Shown in pieces: positions 19,435-29,402 of a stretch of 64,000 nt of DNA; the stretch's first letter is position 1, and each line of letters begins with the position of its first letter. The DNA lies in contig CANQYT010000004.1 in assembly GCA_947628135.1 (NCBI GenBank), positions 28,566 through 92,565 on the forward strand. The letters are read 5' to 3'. Source of the stretch: an uncultured Clostridia bacterium. Its GTDB lineage: Bacteria > Bacillota > Clostridia > Christensenellales > CAG-314. The translations under genes were made by a program, and so were the position numbers. The notes below the pieces were generated by a model. That model saw only the letters and a list, made by a program, of their open reading frames with translations. It did not search any database and was not told the DNA's origin.

Positions 19435-20725
19435 GGTCATCGGCGGTGGTTTTGCCGGTTGCGAAGCGTGTTATCAACTGTTGAAGCGAGGCGTAGACGT
19501 TACCCTCGTGGAAATGAAACCGCTCAAACGCTCGCCCGCGCACGAACTCGACACTTTGTGCGAGGTGGTGTGTTCCAATTCTTTCAAAAGCGAAGATCTG
19601 ACTACCGCGTCGGGACTGCTCAAAGCGGAGATGAGGTTGTTGGACAGTCTTGTACTTGCTGTTGCCGACCAAACGAAAGTGCCGGCAGGCAACGCTTTGG
19701 CGGTGGACAGATACGCCTTTTCCGAAAAAATTACCGCGGTACTGCAATCTATGTCGGGGTTTCACCGAGAAACGGCGGTGGAAAGTTCTCTCGACGCGGA
19801 TGGTTACGATTTTGTAATTGTCGCAACAGGGCCGCTGACTGACGAAGCGCTTGTCGGCGCAATAGGGGAAACGGTTGGAAAAGATTTTCTGTACTTTTTC
19901 GACGCCGTAGCGCCGATAGTGTCGGCGGAAAGTATCGATTTCGACAGCGCGTTTGCGGCGAGCAGATACGGAAAGGGGGAGGCGGACTACCTCAATTGCC
20001 CGATGAACCGTCAGGAATATCTCGAATTTTACGAGAATCTCATATCCGCCGAAACGGTGGAGTTGAAACAATTCGAAAACAACGTATTCGAAGGTTGTAT
20101 GCCCATCGAGGTGATGGCGAAGCGCGGCGTGGATACAATGCGATTCGGACCGTTGAGACCTATCGGCTTGCGGGACGAGCGTAAATCGGAAAAGCCGTAC
20201 GCCGTTTTGCAATTGCGCAAGGAAAACGCCGAGGGAACGCGCTACAATCTCGTGGGATTTCAGACCAATCTCAAATACGGCGAGCAAAAACGCGTTTTCA
20301 GTATGATACCTGCGTTGCGCAATGCCGAATTTGTGCGTTACGGAGTGATGCATCGCAATACGTTCATCAACGCGCCGAGGGTGCTGAACGGCTGTTTTCA
20401 AGTAAAAAACCGTCCGAGACTGTTTTTCGCAGGGCAGTTGACGGGCGTGGAAGGATATATGGAGTCCGCAGTCAGCGGTTTGGTCGCCGCCTTGCAGGCG
20501 TACCGTATTTTCAGCGGAAAGCAGCCCGTGGAATTCGGAGAAGAAACGGTGACGGGCGCGCTGTGCAAACACGTTTCCGCAGAGTACGGAGAATATTCGC
20601 CTATGAACAGCAGTTTCGGTATACTTGCGCCGCTTGCGGACAAAATACGGGACAAGGAACAGCGCAAACTTGCCTATTCGCGCAGAGCGATAGAGGCAAT
20701 GACAAAAACAGTAAAACAATTGTAA
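19424..20725 (+). CDS. trmFO: methylenetetrahydrofolate--tRNA-(uracil54-C5)-methyltransferase
   Basis: GTG start. The FAD fold [11 protein letters not shown] is present. The position after topA matches the Bacillus gid locus. Confidence 0.96.
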   Translation: MKVKVIGGGFAGCEACYQLLKRGVDVTLVEMKPLKRSPAHELDTLCEVVCSNSFKSEDLTTASGLLKAEMRLLDSLVLAVADQTKVPAGNALAVDRYAFSEKITAVLQSMSGFHRETAVESSLDADGYDFVIVATGPLTDEALVGAIGETVGKDFLYFFDAVAPIVSAESIDFDSAFAASRYGKGEADYLNCPMNRQEYLEFYENLISAETVELKQFENNVFEGCMPIEVMAKRGVDTMRFGPLRPIGLRDERKSEKPYAVLQLRKENAEGTRYNLVGFQTNLKYGEQKRVFSMIPALRNAEFVRYGVMHRNTFINAPRVLNGCFQVKNRPRLFFAGQLTGVEGYMESAVSGLVAALQAYRIFSGKQPVEFGEETVTGALCKHVSAEYGEYSPMNSSFGILAPLADKIRDKEQRKLAYSRRAIEAMTKTVKQL

Positions 20726-20735
20726 GGAGAATAAT

Positions 20736-21287
20736 ATGTCAGAGGTTTTTGCCGATACGATCAAAGGAACAACTATTTGCGCCGTCAAACGCGACGGAAA
20801 AATCGCCGTGGCGGGCGACGGACAGGTCACTCAGGGACAGAACGTCATTATGAAGGGCAACGCCGTCAAAGTGCGCCGTATTTACGACGGAAAAATCGTG
20901 ACGGGTTTTGCGGGATCTGTTGCGGACGCGTTTACTCTTTCGGAGAAATTCGAAGAAATGCTGCAAAAGTTCAGCGGCAATTTGTTGCGTTCGGCGGTTG
21001 AAGTGGCGCAACTTTGGCGCAGAGACAACGTTATGCGCAAATTGGAGGCTATGATGATAGTCGCCGACAAGGAAAATATTTATTTACTTTCGGGATCGGG
21101 CGACGTTATCGAACCGGACGACGGAATTTGCGCGATAGGAAGCGGCGGCAATTACGCTCTTGCCGCGGCAAAGGCGTTGCTTCGCAATACCGACTTGCCC
21201 GCAAAGGATATCGCCGCGAAATCGTTGGAAATTGCAAGCGAAATTTGCGTGTTTACCAACGGACATATAACCGTAGAGGAGGCGTAA
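20736..21287 (+). CDS. hslV: ATP-dependent protease subunit HslV
   Basis: [22 protein letters not shown] is an N-terminal Thr protease signature. Confidence 0.97.
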   Translation: MSEVFADTIKGTTICAVKRDGKIAVAGDGQVTQGQNVIMKGNAVKVRRIYDGKIVTGFAGSVADAFTLSEKFEEMLQKFSGNLLRSAVEVAQLWRRDNVMRKLEAMMIVADKENIYLLSGSGDVIEPDDGICAIGSGGNYALAAAKALLRNTDLPAKDIAAKSLEIASEICVFTNGHITVEEA

Positions 21288-21288
21288 T

Positions 21289-22575
21289 ATGACACCCAAA
21301 CAAATAGTCAATGAACTCGATCGTTACATCGTAGGACAATTCAACGCGAAAAAGGCTGTTGCCATCGCGTTGCGCAACAGATACCGCCGCAGTCAGCTTT
21401 CCCTTGCCGACCGCGAGGAGATAACTCCGAAAAACATCATTATGAAAGGACCGACGGGCGTAGGTAAAACCGAGATCGCCCGCAGGCTCGCAAAACTCGT
21501 CAAAGCGCCTTTCCTCAAAGTGGAGGCGACAAAATACACGGAAGTGGGCTACGTGGGACGCGACGTAGAAAGTATGATACGCGATCTCGTCGAAGTGTCG
21601 ATTCGTCTTGTAAAGGACGAGCGCTACAAAGAGGTGGAAGCGCGTGCGTTCGAACAGGCAGTGGAAAGAGTGGCGGATTTGTTGATGAAACAATCCAAGG
21701 AATTACTGCCCGAAGGGATAACGAAACTTGCCGTTCAAGACGAATTGTCCAAGCACAACCTCGATCAGATGCAGGTGGAAATAGCCGTTGCGGACATTCC
21801 CAAACCCGTAGAATTGCAGGCGGGGGGCGGCGAGATAAATATCGGAAACATTTTCGGCGACATTCTTCCCAAGAAAACGAAAAAACGTACCGTCACGGTG
21901 GAGGAAGCGCTACGCATTTACGCCGCGGAAGAAAGCGAAAAACTGATAGATTTGGACAGCGTGGAAAACGAGGCTTTGAGACGCGCCGAAAACGACGGTG
22001 TGATTTTCATCGACGAGATGGACAAAATCGCCGGCAAGGCTTCGCAAAACGGTCCTGACGTATCCCGCGAGGGCGTACAGCGCGACATTCTTCCCATTGT
22101 GGAGGGCTGCACGGTAAGCACCAAATACGGCAATATCAAGACGGACTACATTTTGTTCATCGCAAGCGGCGCTTTCCACGTGAGTAAAGTGTCCGATTTG
22201 ATACCCGAATTGCAGGGACGCTTCCCTGTGCTGGTGGAGTTGGACAGCCTCGGCGTAGACGATTTTGTAAAGATACTCACCGAACCGGAAAACGCCATTA
22301 CGCAACAGTACAAAAAATTGCTTGCCGTGGACAATATCGACCTAAGTTTCACGGAGGACGGCATCGCCGAGATCGCCAACGTCGCATACGACCAAAACAA
22401 TACGTTGGAAGATATAGGCGCGCGCAGATTGCAAAGCATAATGGAACACATCGTCGAGGACATTTCTTACGACATAAACGAAGAGGGCGAAACCAAAAAA
22501 GTGGTGATCGACAGACAGTACGTGCTTGACAATTTCCGTACCGAATCCCGCAACCTCAAAAAATACGTTTTGTAA
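21289..22575 (+). CDS. hslU: ATP-dependent protease ATPase subunit HslU
   Basis: MTPKQIVNELDRYIVGQ, Walker A GPTGVGKTEIARRLA, Walker B IFIDEMDKI. Confidence 0.98.
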   Translation: MTPKQIVNELDRYIVGQFNAKKAVAIALRNRYRRSQLSLADREEITPKNIIMKGPTGVGKTEIARRLAKLVKAPFLKVEATKYTEVGYVGRDVESMIRDLVEVSIRLVKDERYKEVEARAFEQAVERVADLLMKQSKELLPEGITKLAVQDELSKHNLDQMQVEIAVADIPKPVELQAGGGEINIGNIFGDILPKKTKKRTVTVEEALRIYAAEESEKLIDLDSVENEALRRAENDGVIFIDEMDKIAGKASQNGPDVSREGVQRDILPIVEGCTVSTKYGNIKTDYILFIASGAFHVSKVSDLIPELQGRFPVLVELDSLGVDDFVKILTEPENAITQQYKKLLAVDNIDLSFTEDGIAEIANVAYDQNNTLEDIGARRLQSIMEHIVEDISYDINEEGETKKVVIDRQYVLDNFRTESRNLKKYVL

Positions 22576-22588
22576 TTCAGGAGAAAAT

Positions 22589-24385
22589 ATGGCAGAACTA
22601 TTGAACGGACAGCGCCGCAGTCTGATGTGCGGCGAAGTCTCCGTAAAACACATAGGAACACGGCTCACACTTATGGGTTGGGTGCACAGACGGCGCGACC
22701 TCGGCGGATTGATTTTTTTGCAATTGCGCGACAGAAGCGGCATAATGCAAATTGTATTCGACTCCGACGTTTGCAACGAAGCGTTGCTTGACAAGGCCTC
22801 CGCTCTCAAATTGGAGTACGTAATCTCCGTGACGGGCAAGGTGCGCCGCCGCGTAGGCGACAACGTCAACCCGGATATGAAAACGGGCGAAGTGGAGTTG
22901 GCTGCGGAGGAGTTGAAAATATTGTCCGAAGCGGATACCACGCCTTTCTCCATCGGCGACGACGGCGCGAACGAAGCGCTGCGCCTCAAATACAGATATC
23001 TCGATCTCCGCAGAGACAAGTTGCAGAAAAATCTCGTCACGCGCAGCAAAATTTGCCGTATTACGCGCGACTATCTTGCCGACAACGGTTTCATCGAGAT
23101 AGAAACGCCTATGCTCGGCAAATCCACGCCCGAAGGCGCGCGCGATTACCTTGTGCCCAGCCGTATCCGCAGAGGAAGTTTCTACGCCTTGCCGCAGTCC
23201 CCGCAACTTTACAAACAGTTGCTGATGATCGGCGGAATGGACAGATATTTTCAGATAGCCAAGTGTTTCCGCGACGAAGATCTGCGCGCAAACCGTCAGC
23301 CGGAATTTACGCAGATAGACCTCGAAATGAGTTTCGTGGATCGCGAGGAAGAAGTGATGACGCTTACCGAAGGGCTATTGGTAAAGATGTTTGCGGAGAT
23401 ACGCGGCGTAAAACTGCCCGAACACTTCCTGCGTTTGCCTTGGAAAGAGTGTATGGACAGATTCGGCTCGGACAAGCCCGACTTGCGTTTCGGTATGGAA
23501 ATACAAAACTTGGACGAAACGGTGCGTAACAGCGCGTTTCCCGTGTTTGCAAGCGCGTTGGAACAGGGCGGAACGGTGCGCGCTATCGTTCTCGAACAGG
23601 GCGCGGACAATTTGTCCCGCAAGGAACTGGACAGACTTACGGAATTTGTAAAAACTTACAAAGCAAAAGGTCTCCTCTGGTACGGTCTCGGCAAAGACGG
23701 CGTGAAGTGCAGCTTTGCAAAGGCGGTTTCGGAAGAGGAATTGCGGGCGATAGGCGCAAAACTCGGCTTGAAGCAGGGTGATATTGCGCTGATAATCGCA
23801 GGCGCAGATTGGCAAACGGCGGCGGTGGCTTTGGGCGCGTTGCGCTGTCATCTTGCCGCAAAGTTCGAGATGTACAAAAAAGGCGATTTCGCCTCGCTGT
23901 GGGTGGTGGATTTTCCGTTGTTCGAATATTCGGAAGAGGAAGGCAGATTCGTCGCTATGCATCACCCGTTTACAAGTCCCAAAAACGAAGATCTGCAATA
24001 TATGAAAACCGACCCCGCGCGCGTTCGCGCAAAAGCGTACGACGTTGTGATAAACGGCGACGAAATGGGCGGCGGCTCGATGCGTATTTACAATCGCGAC
24101 GTTCAAAAACTGATGTTCGAAACGTTGGGATTCAGCGATGAGCAAATTGCCGACAGGTTCGGATTTTTCGTAGACGCATTCAGGTACGGTACGCCTCCTC
24201 ACGGCGGATTGGCTTTGGGGCTGGACCGTCTTGTGATGGTGCTTACCGACACCAACAACATAAAAGACGTCATTGCTTTCCCCAAGATGCAAAATGCCAG
24301 CGATATGATGAGCGACGCGCCTTCGGAAGTGGAGGACAAGCAGTTGAAAGAACTCGGCATCAAATGTGAGGTCACCGATGACTGA
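22589..24385 (+). CDS. aspS: aspartate--tRNA ligase
   Basis: OB anticodon-binding domain, class II motifs (FRDEDLRANRQPEFTQID, GGGSMRI, GLALGLDRLVM). The ATG at 22589 has a GGAG RBS. Confidence 0.98.
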   Translation: MAELLNGQRRSLMCGEVSVKHIGTRLTLMGWVHRRRDLGGLIFLQLRDRSGIMQIVFDSDVCNEALLDKASALKLEYVISVTGKVRRRVGDNVNPDMKTGEVELAAEELKILSEADTTPFSIGDDGANEALRLKYRYLDLRRDKLQKNLVTRSKICRITRDYLADNGFIEIETPMLGKSTPEGARDYLVPSRIRRGSFYALPQSPQLYKQLLMIGGMDRYFQIAKCFRDEDLRANRQPEFTQIDLEMSFVDREEEVMTLTEGLLVKMFAEIRGVKLPEHFLRLPWKECMDRFGSDKPDLRFGMEIQNLDETVRNSAFPVFASALEQGGTVRAIVLEQGADNLSRKELDRLTEFVKTYKAKGLLWYGLGKDGVKCSFAKAVSEEELRAIGAKLGLKQGDIALIIAGADWQTAAVALGALRCHLAAKFEMYKKGDFASLWVVDFPLFEYSEEEGRFVAMHHPFTSPKNEDLQYMKTDPARVRAKAYDVVINGDEMGGGSMRIYNRDVQKLMFETLGFSDEQIADRFGFFVDAFRYGTPPHGGLALGLDRLVMVLTDTNNIKDVIAFPKMQNASDMMSDAPSEVEDKQLKELGIKCEVTDD

Positions 24386-24917
24386 GCAAGGCGTGGTGTT
24401 GAGCGTAAAAAAGGACTTTGCAAAGGTACGCGTCGGACGTAACTCCGCTTGCGCTTCCTGCGGAAAGTGCGGAATGACGGAAAAGCAGAAACACGTAGAT
24501 TTTTTTGCGAGCAACACGGTAGGCGCAAAGGAAGGCGACACGGTAACGCTGAATATTCCCGAGGCTAACAGCGCAAAATTTGCATTGGTGGGATACTTTC
24601 TGCCCATTGTACCGGCGTTAGGCGCGATGTTCTTGGCGTTGGGACTGAAATGGGCGGAATGGATAGCCGCGTTGCTTTTCCTCGGCGGACTTGTCGTGGG
24701 GTTTGCCCTCGTCGCTTTGGCGGACAAGTTGCACCGCCACAAGTGGATGGAAACGCCGCAAATAGTGGAAGTGGTAAATTCGCCCGTATTGCCGCAAACC
24801 GTTTCGCAGTCGGACGTCAATACCGCCGACAACGCTGTTGAAACGCCTGCCGAAATGACGGACAGCGATCCCTCAAACAAACAAAACAACAATCAAGGAG
24901 ACAATAAAAATGAGTAA
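24378..24917 (+). CDS. RseC/MucC (SoxR-reducing system) family membrane protein
   Basis: N-terminal CxxCxxC (SACASCGKCG), two TM helices, and a low-complexity acidic/Asn-rich tail. Confidence 0.75.
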   Translation: MTEQGVVLSVKKDFAKVRVGRNSACASCGKCGMTEKQKHVDFFASNTVGAKEGDTVTLNIPEANSAKFALVGYFLPIVPALGAMFLALGLKWAEWIAALLFLGGLVVGFALVALADKLHRHKWMETPQIVEVVNSPVLPQTVSQSDVNTADNAVETPAEMTDSDPSNKQNNNQGDNKNE

Positions 24918-25221
24918 ATTACCAGACGTAAAAGACAATTTCGACGAATTTATCGGCAGCGGCACTGCGGTTGTTGACTTTTGGGCGACGTGGTGCGGTC
25001 CTTGCAAAATGCTTGCGCCTATTTTCGACGAGGTTGCGGACAAAATGCCCAACGTAAAGTTCGGAAAAGTGGACGTTGACAACGCGATGGAACTTGCAAA
25101 GCGTTACAAGATCGTTTCTATTCCCAACGTTTGTATTTTCAAAGACGGCGAATTGGTGGATCGCGTAATCGGCTTGTGCGACGAAAGCGAGTTGACCGAA
25201 ATCATAAGCAAGCACGTTTGA
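24910..25221 (+). CDS. trxA: thioredoxin
   Basis: WATWCGPCKMLAP active site, 103 aa. Confidence 0.95.
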   Translation: MSKLPDVKDNFDEFIGSGTAVVDFWATWCGPCKMLAPIFDEVADKMPNVKFGKVDVDNAMELAKRYKIVSIPNVCIFKDGELVDRVIGLCDESELTEIISKHV

Positions 25222-25240
25222 TTTTCTTTTGAAAGTCGCA

Positions 25241-25272
25241 AAGGCAATCGATTGACGTCGATTGCCTTTTTT
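25241..25272. terminator. bidirectional intrinsic terminator between convergent trxA and the HAD gene
   Basis: aaggcaatcga-loop-tcgattgcctt stem with a T run on the + side and an A run on the other. Confidence 0.7.
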
Positions 25273-25410
25273 GTGTTTTATGAATTTTTCAAAAATTCCC
25301 ACCCCATTAGTCGATTTTTCAGAATTGAAGTTCGGAAAACTGCCCGATAATGTTGGAAATTCTTTTGTGATTGGGTTTTCGAAAGGGGTCGATAAATACT
25401 TTCTTTTCCG

Positions 25411-26082
25411 TTAGTCGGCAAAAAGCCGCAAAAGTTCCGTCAGGTTGTTTACCTCGCAATCGGGACGTTCGCTTTCGTTACGTACAACGTTCAGACCGCC
25501 CAAACCTTGTTTTATCCAAACCGTTTTCATACCGACAAGTTTCGCGGGGACAACATCGTTGTCTATCCTGTCTCCTATCATCACCGCATCGGCGGCGGTG
25601 CAATTTGCTTTGCGCAATGCGATTTGAAATATACTCGGGTCGGGTTTGTTTACGCCGCAATCGGCGGAAGAAATGACGTAATCGAAAAAGCGCAAAATAC
25701 CGAAATGCGCTAGTCTGTCCCTCAACCCCTGCGATTGATTTGCGATAACGCCCAATTTGTAGTTGCGCGACAGTTGCGCGAGGACCGTTTCGGCGGCGGG
25801 GTAGAGTTTCTCGTATTTTTTGCGATAGGGCGCGATTTGCGTGAAGCCTAATTGCCGTGCGACGTTGCCGAAATTTTGCAGATTGCTGCGGCAGGCGTTT
25901 TGCAATACGTCGTAAACGTCAGCCGCGGTTATGTTTAACGCTCTTGCTTCGTCCGAATTTGCCTGTTCCGCGCAGCGCACCTGCCAACACTCCGTTTCGT
26001 CCACAAGCGTGAAACCGACGTCAAAAAATATCACTTTGCAAAGTCGTACGCAATTTTGCGCCTGTTTGTCAATGTCTCGCAT
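25411..26082 (-). CDS. HAD superfamily hydrolase (subfamily IA-like)
   Basis: Motif I FFDVGFTLVDE, motif III/IV ...MIGDRIDNDV. The ATG at 26082 is preceded by a GAGGG RBS. The longer GTG-started ORF reaching 26241 has no RBS. Confidence 0.8.
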   Translation of the reverse strand: MRDIDKQAQNCVRLCKVIFFDVGFTLVDETECWQVRCAEQANSDEARALNITAADVYDVLQNACRSNLQNFGNVARQLGFTQIAPYRKKYEKLYPAAETVLAQLSRNYKLGVIANQSQGLRDRLAHFGILRFFDYVISSADCGVNKPDPSIFQIALRKANCTAADAVMIGDRIDNDVVPAKLVGMKTVWIKQGLGGLNVVRNESERPDCEVNNLTELLRLFAD

Positions 26083-26292
26083 TTTTCCCTCGAAATATAC
26101 GGCAATTATACCTTTTGGCGATATTTTTGTCAAGATATTGCCTTTGTTCGCTTCTTGTTGTTGCGTTTGCGTCGATTTTGTCCGCTTGGCAGGTAATAAT
26201 TGACGATATATTTCGTTGCATTTGTCTAAAACGTTTGACACGCGACTACAATAGTAGTAAACTATTCATAGTAAATTGGTAGGAATTACTGT

Positions 26293-26697
26293 ATGAAGAT
26301 GTCGTCTAAGGCGCGATACGGTTTGTATGCGGCGGTTGAACTTGCGAAAAATTACGACAAGGAAGAGTATCTCAACGTTACGGCGCTGTCGCAGGCAACG
26401 GGGGTTACGGAAAAATACCTCGAACAAATAATCGCGCTTATGAAAAAAGCGAATATCGTTTCCGCTACGAGGGGCGCAACGGGAGGGTACAAACTTACGG
26501 ACAGCCCGAACAACATCTCGGTGGGACGCGTGTTGCGTGCCGTTGAGGACAACCTCGAAATAGTGGACTGTTTACATTCCGAGTGCGCGCAACGCGGCAA
26601 ATGTGCGGCGCGTAATCTGTGGGGAAAACTTTACGACAACATCAACGGCTATCTCGATACCGTATCTCTTACCCAACTTGCGGAGGACAATATATGA
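26293..26697 (+). CDS. Rrf2 family transcriptional regulator (IscR/CymR-like)
   Basis: Winged HTH (SKARYGLYAAVELA...) and three clustered Cys (CLHSECAQRGKC). It sits upstream of nifS-nifU. Confidence 0.9.
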   Translation: MKMSSKARYGLYAAVELAKNYDKEEYLNVTALSQATGVTEKYLEQIIALMKKANIVSATRGATGGYKLTDSPNNISVGRVLRAVEDNLEIVDCLHSECAQRGKCAARNLWGKLYDNINGYLDTVSLTQLAEDNI

Positions 26698-27875
26698 AAG
26701 TTTACGCCGATCACGCCGCAACTACGCCTTGCGACAAGCGTGTGGTGGAACAAATGCTGCCGTATTTTTCCGACGAGTTCGGCAACGCTGACAGTCAGCA
26801 TTTCTTCGGCAGAGACACTGCCAAGGCGGTTGCCGACGCGCGCGAAACGATTGCTCGCATAGTAAATTGCAAGCCCAACGAACTGTACTTTACGGGCAGT
26901 GGAACGGAGGCGGATAATTGGGCTGTAAAAGGCGTTGCGCTGCACCGAAAGGACAAGGGCGACCACGTAATAATATCCGCTATTGAACATCACGCCGTGT
27001 TGGGCGCGGCGGATTGGCTGGAAAACAACGGTTTCCGCGTGACGCGTTTGCCCGTAGACGAAACGGGACTTGTGCGCGTCGAAGATCTGGAAAAGGCAAT
27101 CGACGACAAAACGACGCTTGTGTCCGTAATGTACGTCAACAACGAGGTGGGTACTATCCAACCGATAAAGGAACTTGCGGAAGTTGCGCACAGGCACGGG
27201 GCGCTGTTCCACAGCGATTGCGTTCAGGCTATCCCATATATGAACGTTGACGTAAAGGAACTCGGTCTTGATTTGATGTCTTTGTCGGGGCACAAATTTT
27301 ACGGACCGAAAGGCGTTGGCGCGCTGTACGTTCGAAACGGCGTCAAGTTGGACAAACTTATCTGCGGCGGCGGACAGGAACGCGCTCAACGCGGAGGCAC
27401 GACCAACACTCCCGCGGTGGTGGGTATGGCGGCGGCGTTGAGCCTTTCGAGGGAAACTCTCCAAGCCGACAACGAATACGTCCGTTCACTGCGCGATCAT
27501 TTCGAAAAGCGCGTCGAGGCGGAAATACCCTTTATACGTCAAAACGGCAACAAGCAACACCGCGTACCGTCCGTATCCAATTACAGTTTCGAATACGTGG
27601 AGGGGGAAGGTATACTTATGCTGTTGGACTTCAACGGAATTGCTGTTTCCAGCGGTTCTGCTTGTAGCAGCGGCAGCCTCGACCCGTCGCACGTACTGCT
27701 TGCTATGGGCGTGCCCGTGGAAGTGTCGCACGGTTCAATCAGATTCAGCTTCGGCAAACACAACACGATGGAGGAAACCGACTACATCGCGGACAAACTA
27801 AAAGAAACCATTTCCAAACTGCGCGAAATGTCGCCGCTGTTTGACTTGAAAAAAGGAGGAACGTACAATGTATAA
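26694..27875 (+). CDS. cysteine desulfurase (NifS/IscS type)
   Basis: MKVYADHAATTP, PLP-Lys region SLSGHKFYGPKGVGALY, active-site loop SSGSACSSG. Confidence 0.95.
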   Translation: MKVYADHAATTPCDKRVVEQMLPYFSDEFGNADSQHFFGRDTAKAVADARETIARIVNCKPNELYFTGSGTEADNWAVKGVALHRKDKGDHVIISAIEHHAVLGAADWLENNGFRVTRLPVDETGLVRVEDLEKAIDDKTTLVSVMYVNNEVGTIQPIKELAEVAHRHGALFHSDCVQAIPYMNVDVKELGLDLMSLSGHKFYGPKGVGALYVRNGVKLDKLICGGGQERAQRGGTTNTPAVVGMAAALSLSRETLQADNEYVRSLRDHFEKRVEAEIPFIRQNGNKQHRVPSVSNYSFEYVEGEGILMLLDFNGIAVSSGSACSSGSLDPSHVLLAMGVPVEVSHGSIRFSFGKHNTMEETDYIADKLKETISKLREMSPLFDLKKGGTYNV

Positions 27876-28272
27876 TCAAAAAGTTCTGGAAGCGTTTGCT
27901 CACCCTCAAAACGTAGGCGAAATAGAAAACCCCGACGGTGAGGGAACGGTAGGCAACGCCACTTGCGGCGATATTATGCGCATTACGCTTCGCATAGAAA
28001 ACGACGTTATCACCGACGCGAAATTTCAGACGTTCGGCTGCGCCGCGGCAATTGCAACGAGTTCAACCGCAACGCAGATGGTCATAGGAATGACCGTTGA
28101 CGAGGCGTTGAAACTTACCAACGCGAGGGTGGTGGAGGAGTTGGAAGGACTTCCCCCGCAAAAGATACACTGTTCCGTCCTCGCCGAAGAAGCAATAAAG
28201 AAAGCAATCGAGGACTACCGCGCAAAGAAAGAGGGCAAAACCTTGGACAAATCCAAGGTCGATTACGTGTGA
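27868..28272 (+). CDS. Fe-S cluster assembly scaffold NifU/IscU
   Basis: GNATCGDIMRI ... FGCAAAIATSS ... KIHCS conserved Cys triad. Confidence 0.95.
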   Translation: MYNQKVLEAFAHPQNVGEIENPDGEGTVGNATCGDIMRITLRIENDVITDAKFQTFGCAAAIATSSTATQMVIGMTVDEALKLTNARVVEELEGLPPQKIHCSVLAEEAIKKAIEDYRAKKEGKTLDKSKVDYV

Positions 28273-28300
28273 GTTTCTCCGCAGTCTGTCACAAAACGGG

Positions 28301-28329
28301 CGAGCCGTAATTTACGGCTCGTTTTTTTT
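28301..28329 (+). terminator. intrinsic terminator after nifU
   Basis: cgagccgtaa-ttt-acggctcg stem followed by TTTTTTTT. Confidence 0.75.
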
Positions 28330-28585
28330 GAAATTATTTACCATTTTTTGGGGTTTTCTGCCGATATATGAGACTTGCGGCAAATCGGGAAAAATATGTT
28401 TGAGTTCACGTCACAGTAAAATTTGCGATTCGTTACGTAAGCGCGGCAGTGTGTTTTGTCCGAACGGTCGGCTTTGTCCGTAGGCGTGCGCGGTGGTGTT
28501 GTAAACGCAACGGAGTTTTCGGCGCAAGTTTCGTAGGCGGCAGTGCGCACACCGTCAAAGAAACTTTTGTTGTGAATTTTGCGCC

Positions 28586-28635
28586 AACTATGCCGAATTT
28601 TAGCAGTTTACAGAATACTATTTGTGACATAATAT
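28586..28635 (+). repeat. dispersed promoter-like repeat, copy A
   Basis: aactatgccgaattttagcagtttacagaatactatttgtgacataatat. It contains TTTACA (28607-28612), a 17-nt spacer and TAATAT (28630-28635), 75 nt upstream of the small ORF at 28710. Confidence 0.65.
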
Positions 28636-28709
28636 GCCAAAATGGCTATTTTTGCATATTTCGGGCGCGTTTCGTCACACTAAGTGCAGAAACATTTGTG
28701 GAGGAAGTT

Positions 28710-28832
28710 ATGAAAAAACTTTTGATAGGTATGGCTTTGGGAGCAGCCGCAGGAATGATCATAGGAGAAATTCCGCAGGTTCAGAAAATGATCAACAAAG
28801 GCAAAAAGAAAGTAAAAGAGATGACCAAGTAG
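28710..28832 (+). CDS. small (40 aa) membrane protein
   Basis: Strong RBS GGAGGAAG 6 nt before the ATG. The sequence is MKKLLIGMALGAAAGMIIGEIPQVQKMINKGKKKVKEMTK (one TM helix plus a basic tail). It has its own promoter-like element and terminator. Confidence 0.5.
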   Translation: MKKLLIGMALGAAAGMIIGEIPQVQKMINKGKKKVKEMTK

Positions 28833-28875
28833 AAGCGTTATCTCGCGCAAACCGACACAGTTGTTTTGCACAAAA

Positions 28876-28895
28876 GACCGCGACGCGGTCTTTTT
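28876..28895 (+). terminator. intrinsic terminator after the small ORF
   Basis: gaccg-cgacg-cggtc stem followed by TTTTT. Confidence 0.65.
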
Positions 28896-28972
28896 GCATA
28901 GAAAAATGTTTTGCGCAATCTGCCTCAATAGTATTGTCAAAGAGGTTGGTTTTGTGCTAAAATAAAATTGTT

Positions 28973-29386
28973 ATGGGACGTATTTTGGCTTTGGACGTAG
29001 GGGACGTTCGTATCGGCATTGCCGTTTCCGACCCGATGGGCGTAATTGCAAACCCGTTGGAAACATACACGCGCACAAACCTCGCGAAAGACGTGCGGCA
29101 CATTGCCGACCTTGCCGCGAGCAAAGAAGCGTCGTTGATCGTTTCCGGGTTGCCCCTCGACCTCAAAGGCAGAGAAACGGAGCAAGCGCGGAAAACGCGC
29201 GAATTTATCGACGCATTGCGCGCCGAGTGCGACATTCCTGTGGAATACCTTGACGAGCGCTTTACCACTTTGTCGGCGGAGTGGTTGCTCATTGAGGGCA
29301 ACGTTCGCCGCGAAAACCGCAAAAAGGTAATTGACAAGGTCGCCGCGACGATAATTTTGCAAAATTATTTGGATAAAAAAAGATAA
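28973..29386 (+). CDS. ruvX: Holliday junction resolvase-like / pre-16S rRNA nuclease RuvX (YqgF)
   Basis: MGRILALDVGDVRIGIAVSD is the YqgF signature. Confidence 0.93.
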   Translation: MGRILALDVGDVRIGIAVSDPMGVIANPLETYTRTNLAKDVRHIADLAASKEASLIVSGLPLDLKGRETEQARKTREFIDALRAECDIPVEYLDERFTTLSAEWLLIEGNVRRENRKKVIDKVAATIILQNYLDKKR

Positions 29387-29402
29387 TATTCGGAGGTAAA
29401 CA

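Noticed and set aside
22576-22588. Search for a T-box or other riboswitch upstream of aspS, and for riboswitches elsewhere (ribF, the nifS operon).
   Set aside because: aspS follows hslU with a 13-nt gap, so there is no room for a leader. I recognised no riboswitch consensus (FMN, SAM, T-box specifier or T-box motif) in any of the larger gaps. The rplS and rpsB leaders may be r-protein leaders, but I cannot verify that without covariance models.
25411-26241. The longer 276-aa version of the HAD hydrolase, and the apparent loss of the second Asp of HAD motif I (FDVGFT).
   Set aside because: The GTG at 26241 has no RBS, while the ATG at 26082 has GAGGG, and the extension is low complexity. D-x-non-Asp motif I variants are normal in dehalogenase-like and IA-type HAD members, so this is not evidence of inactivation.
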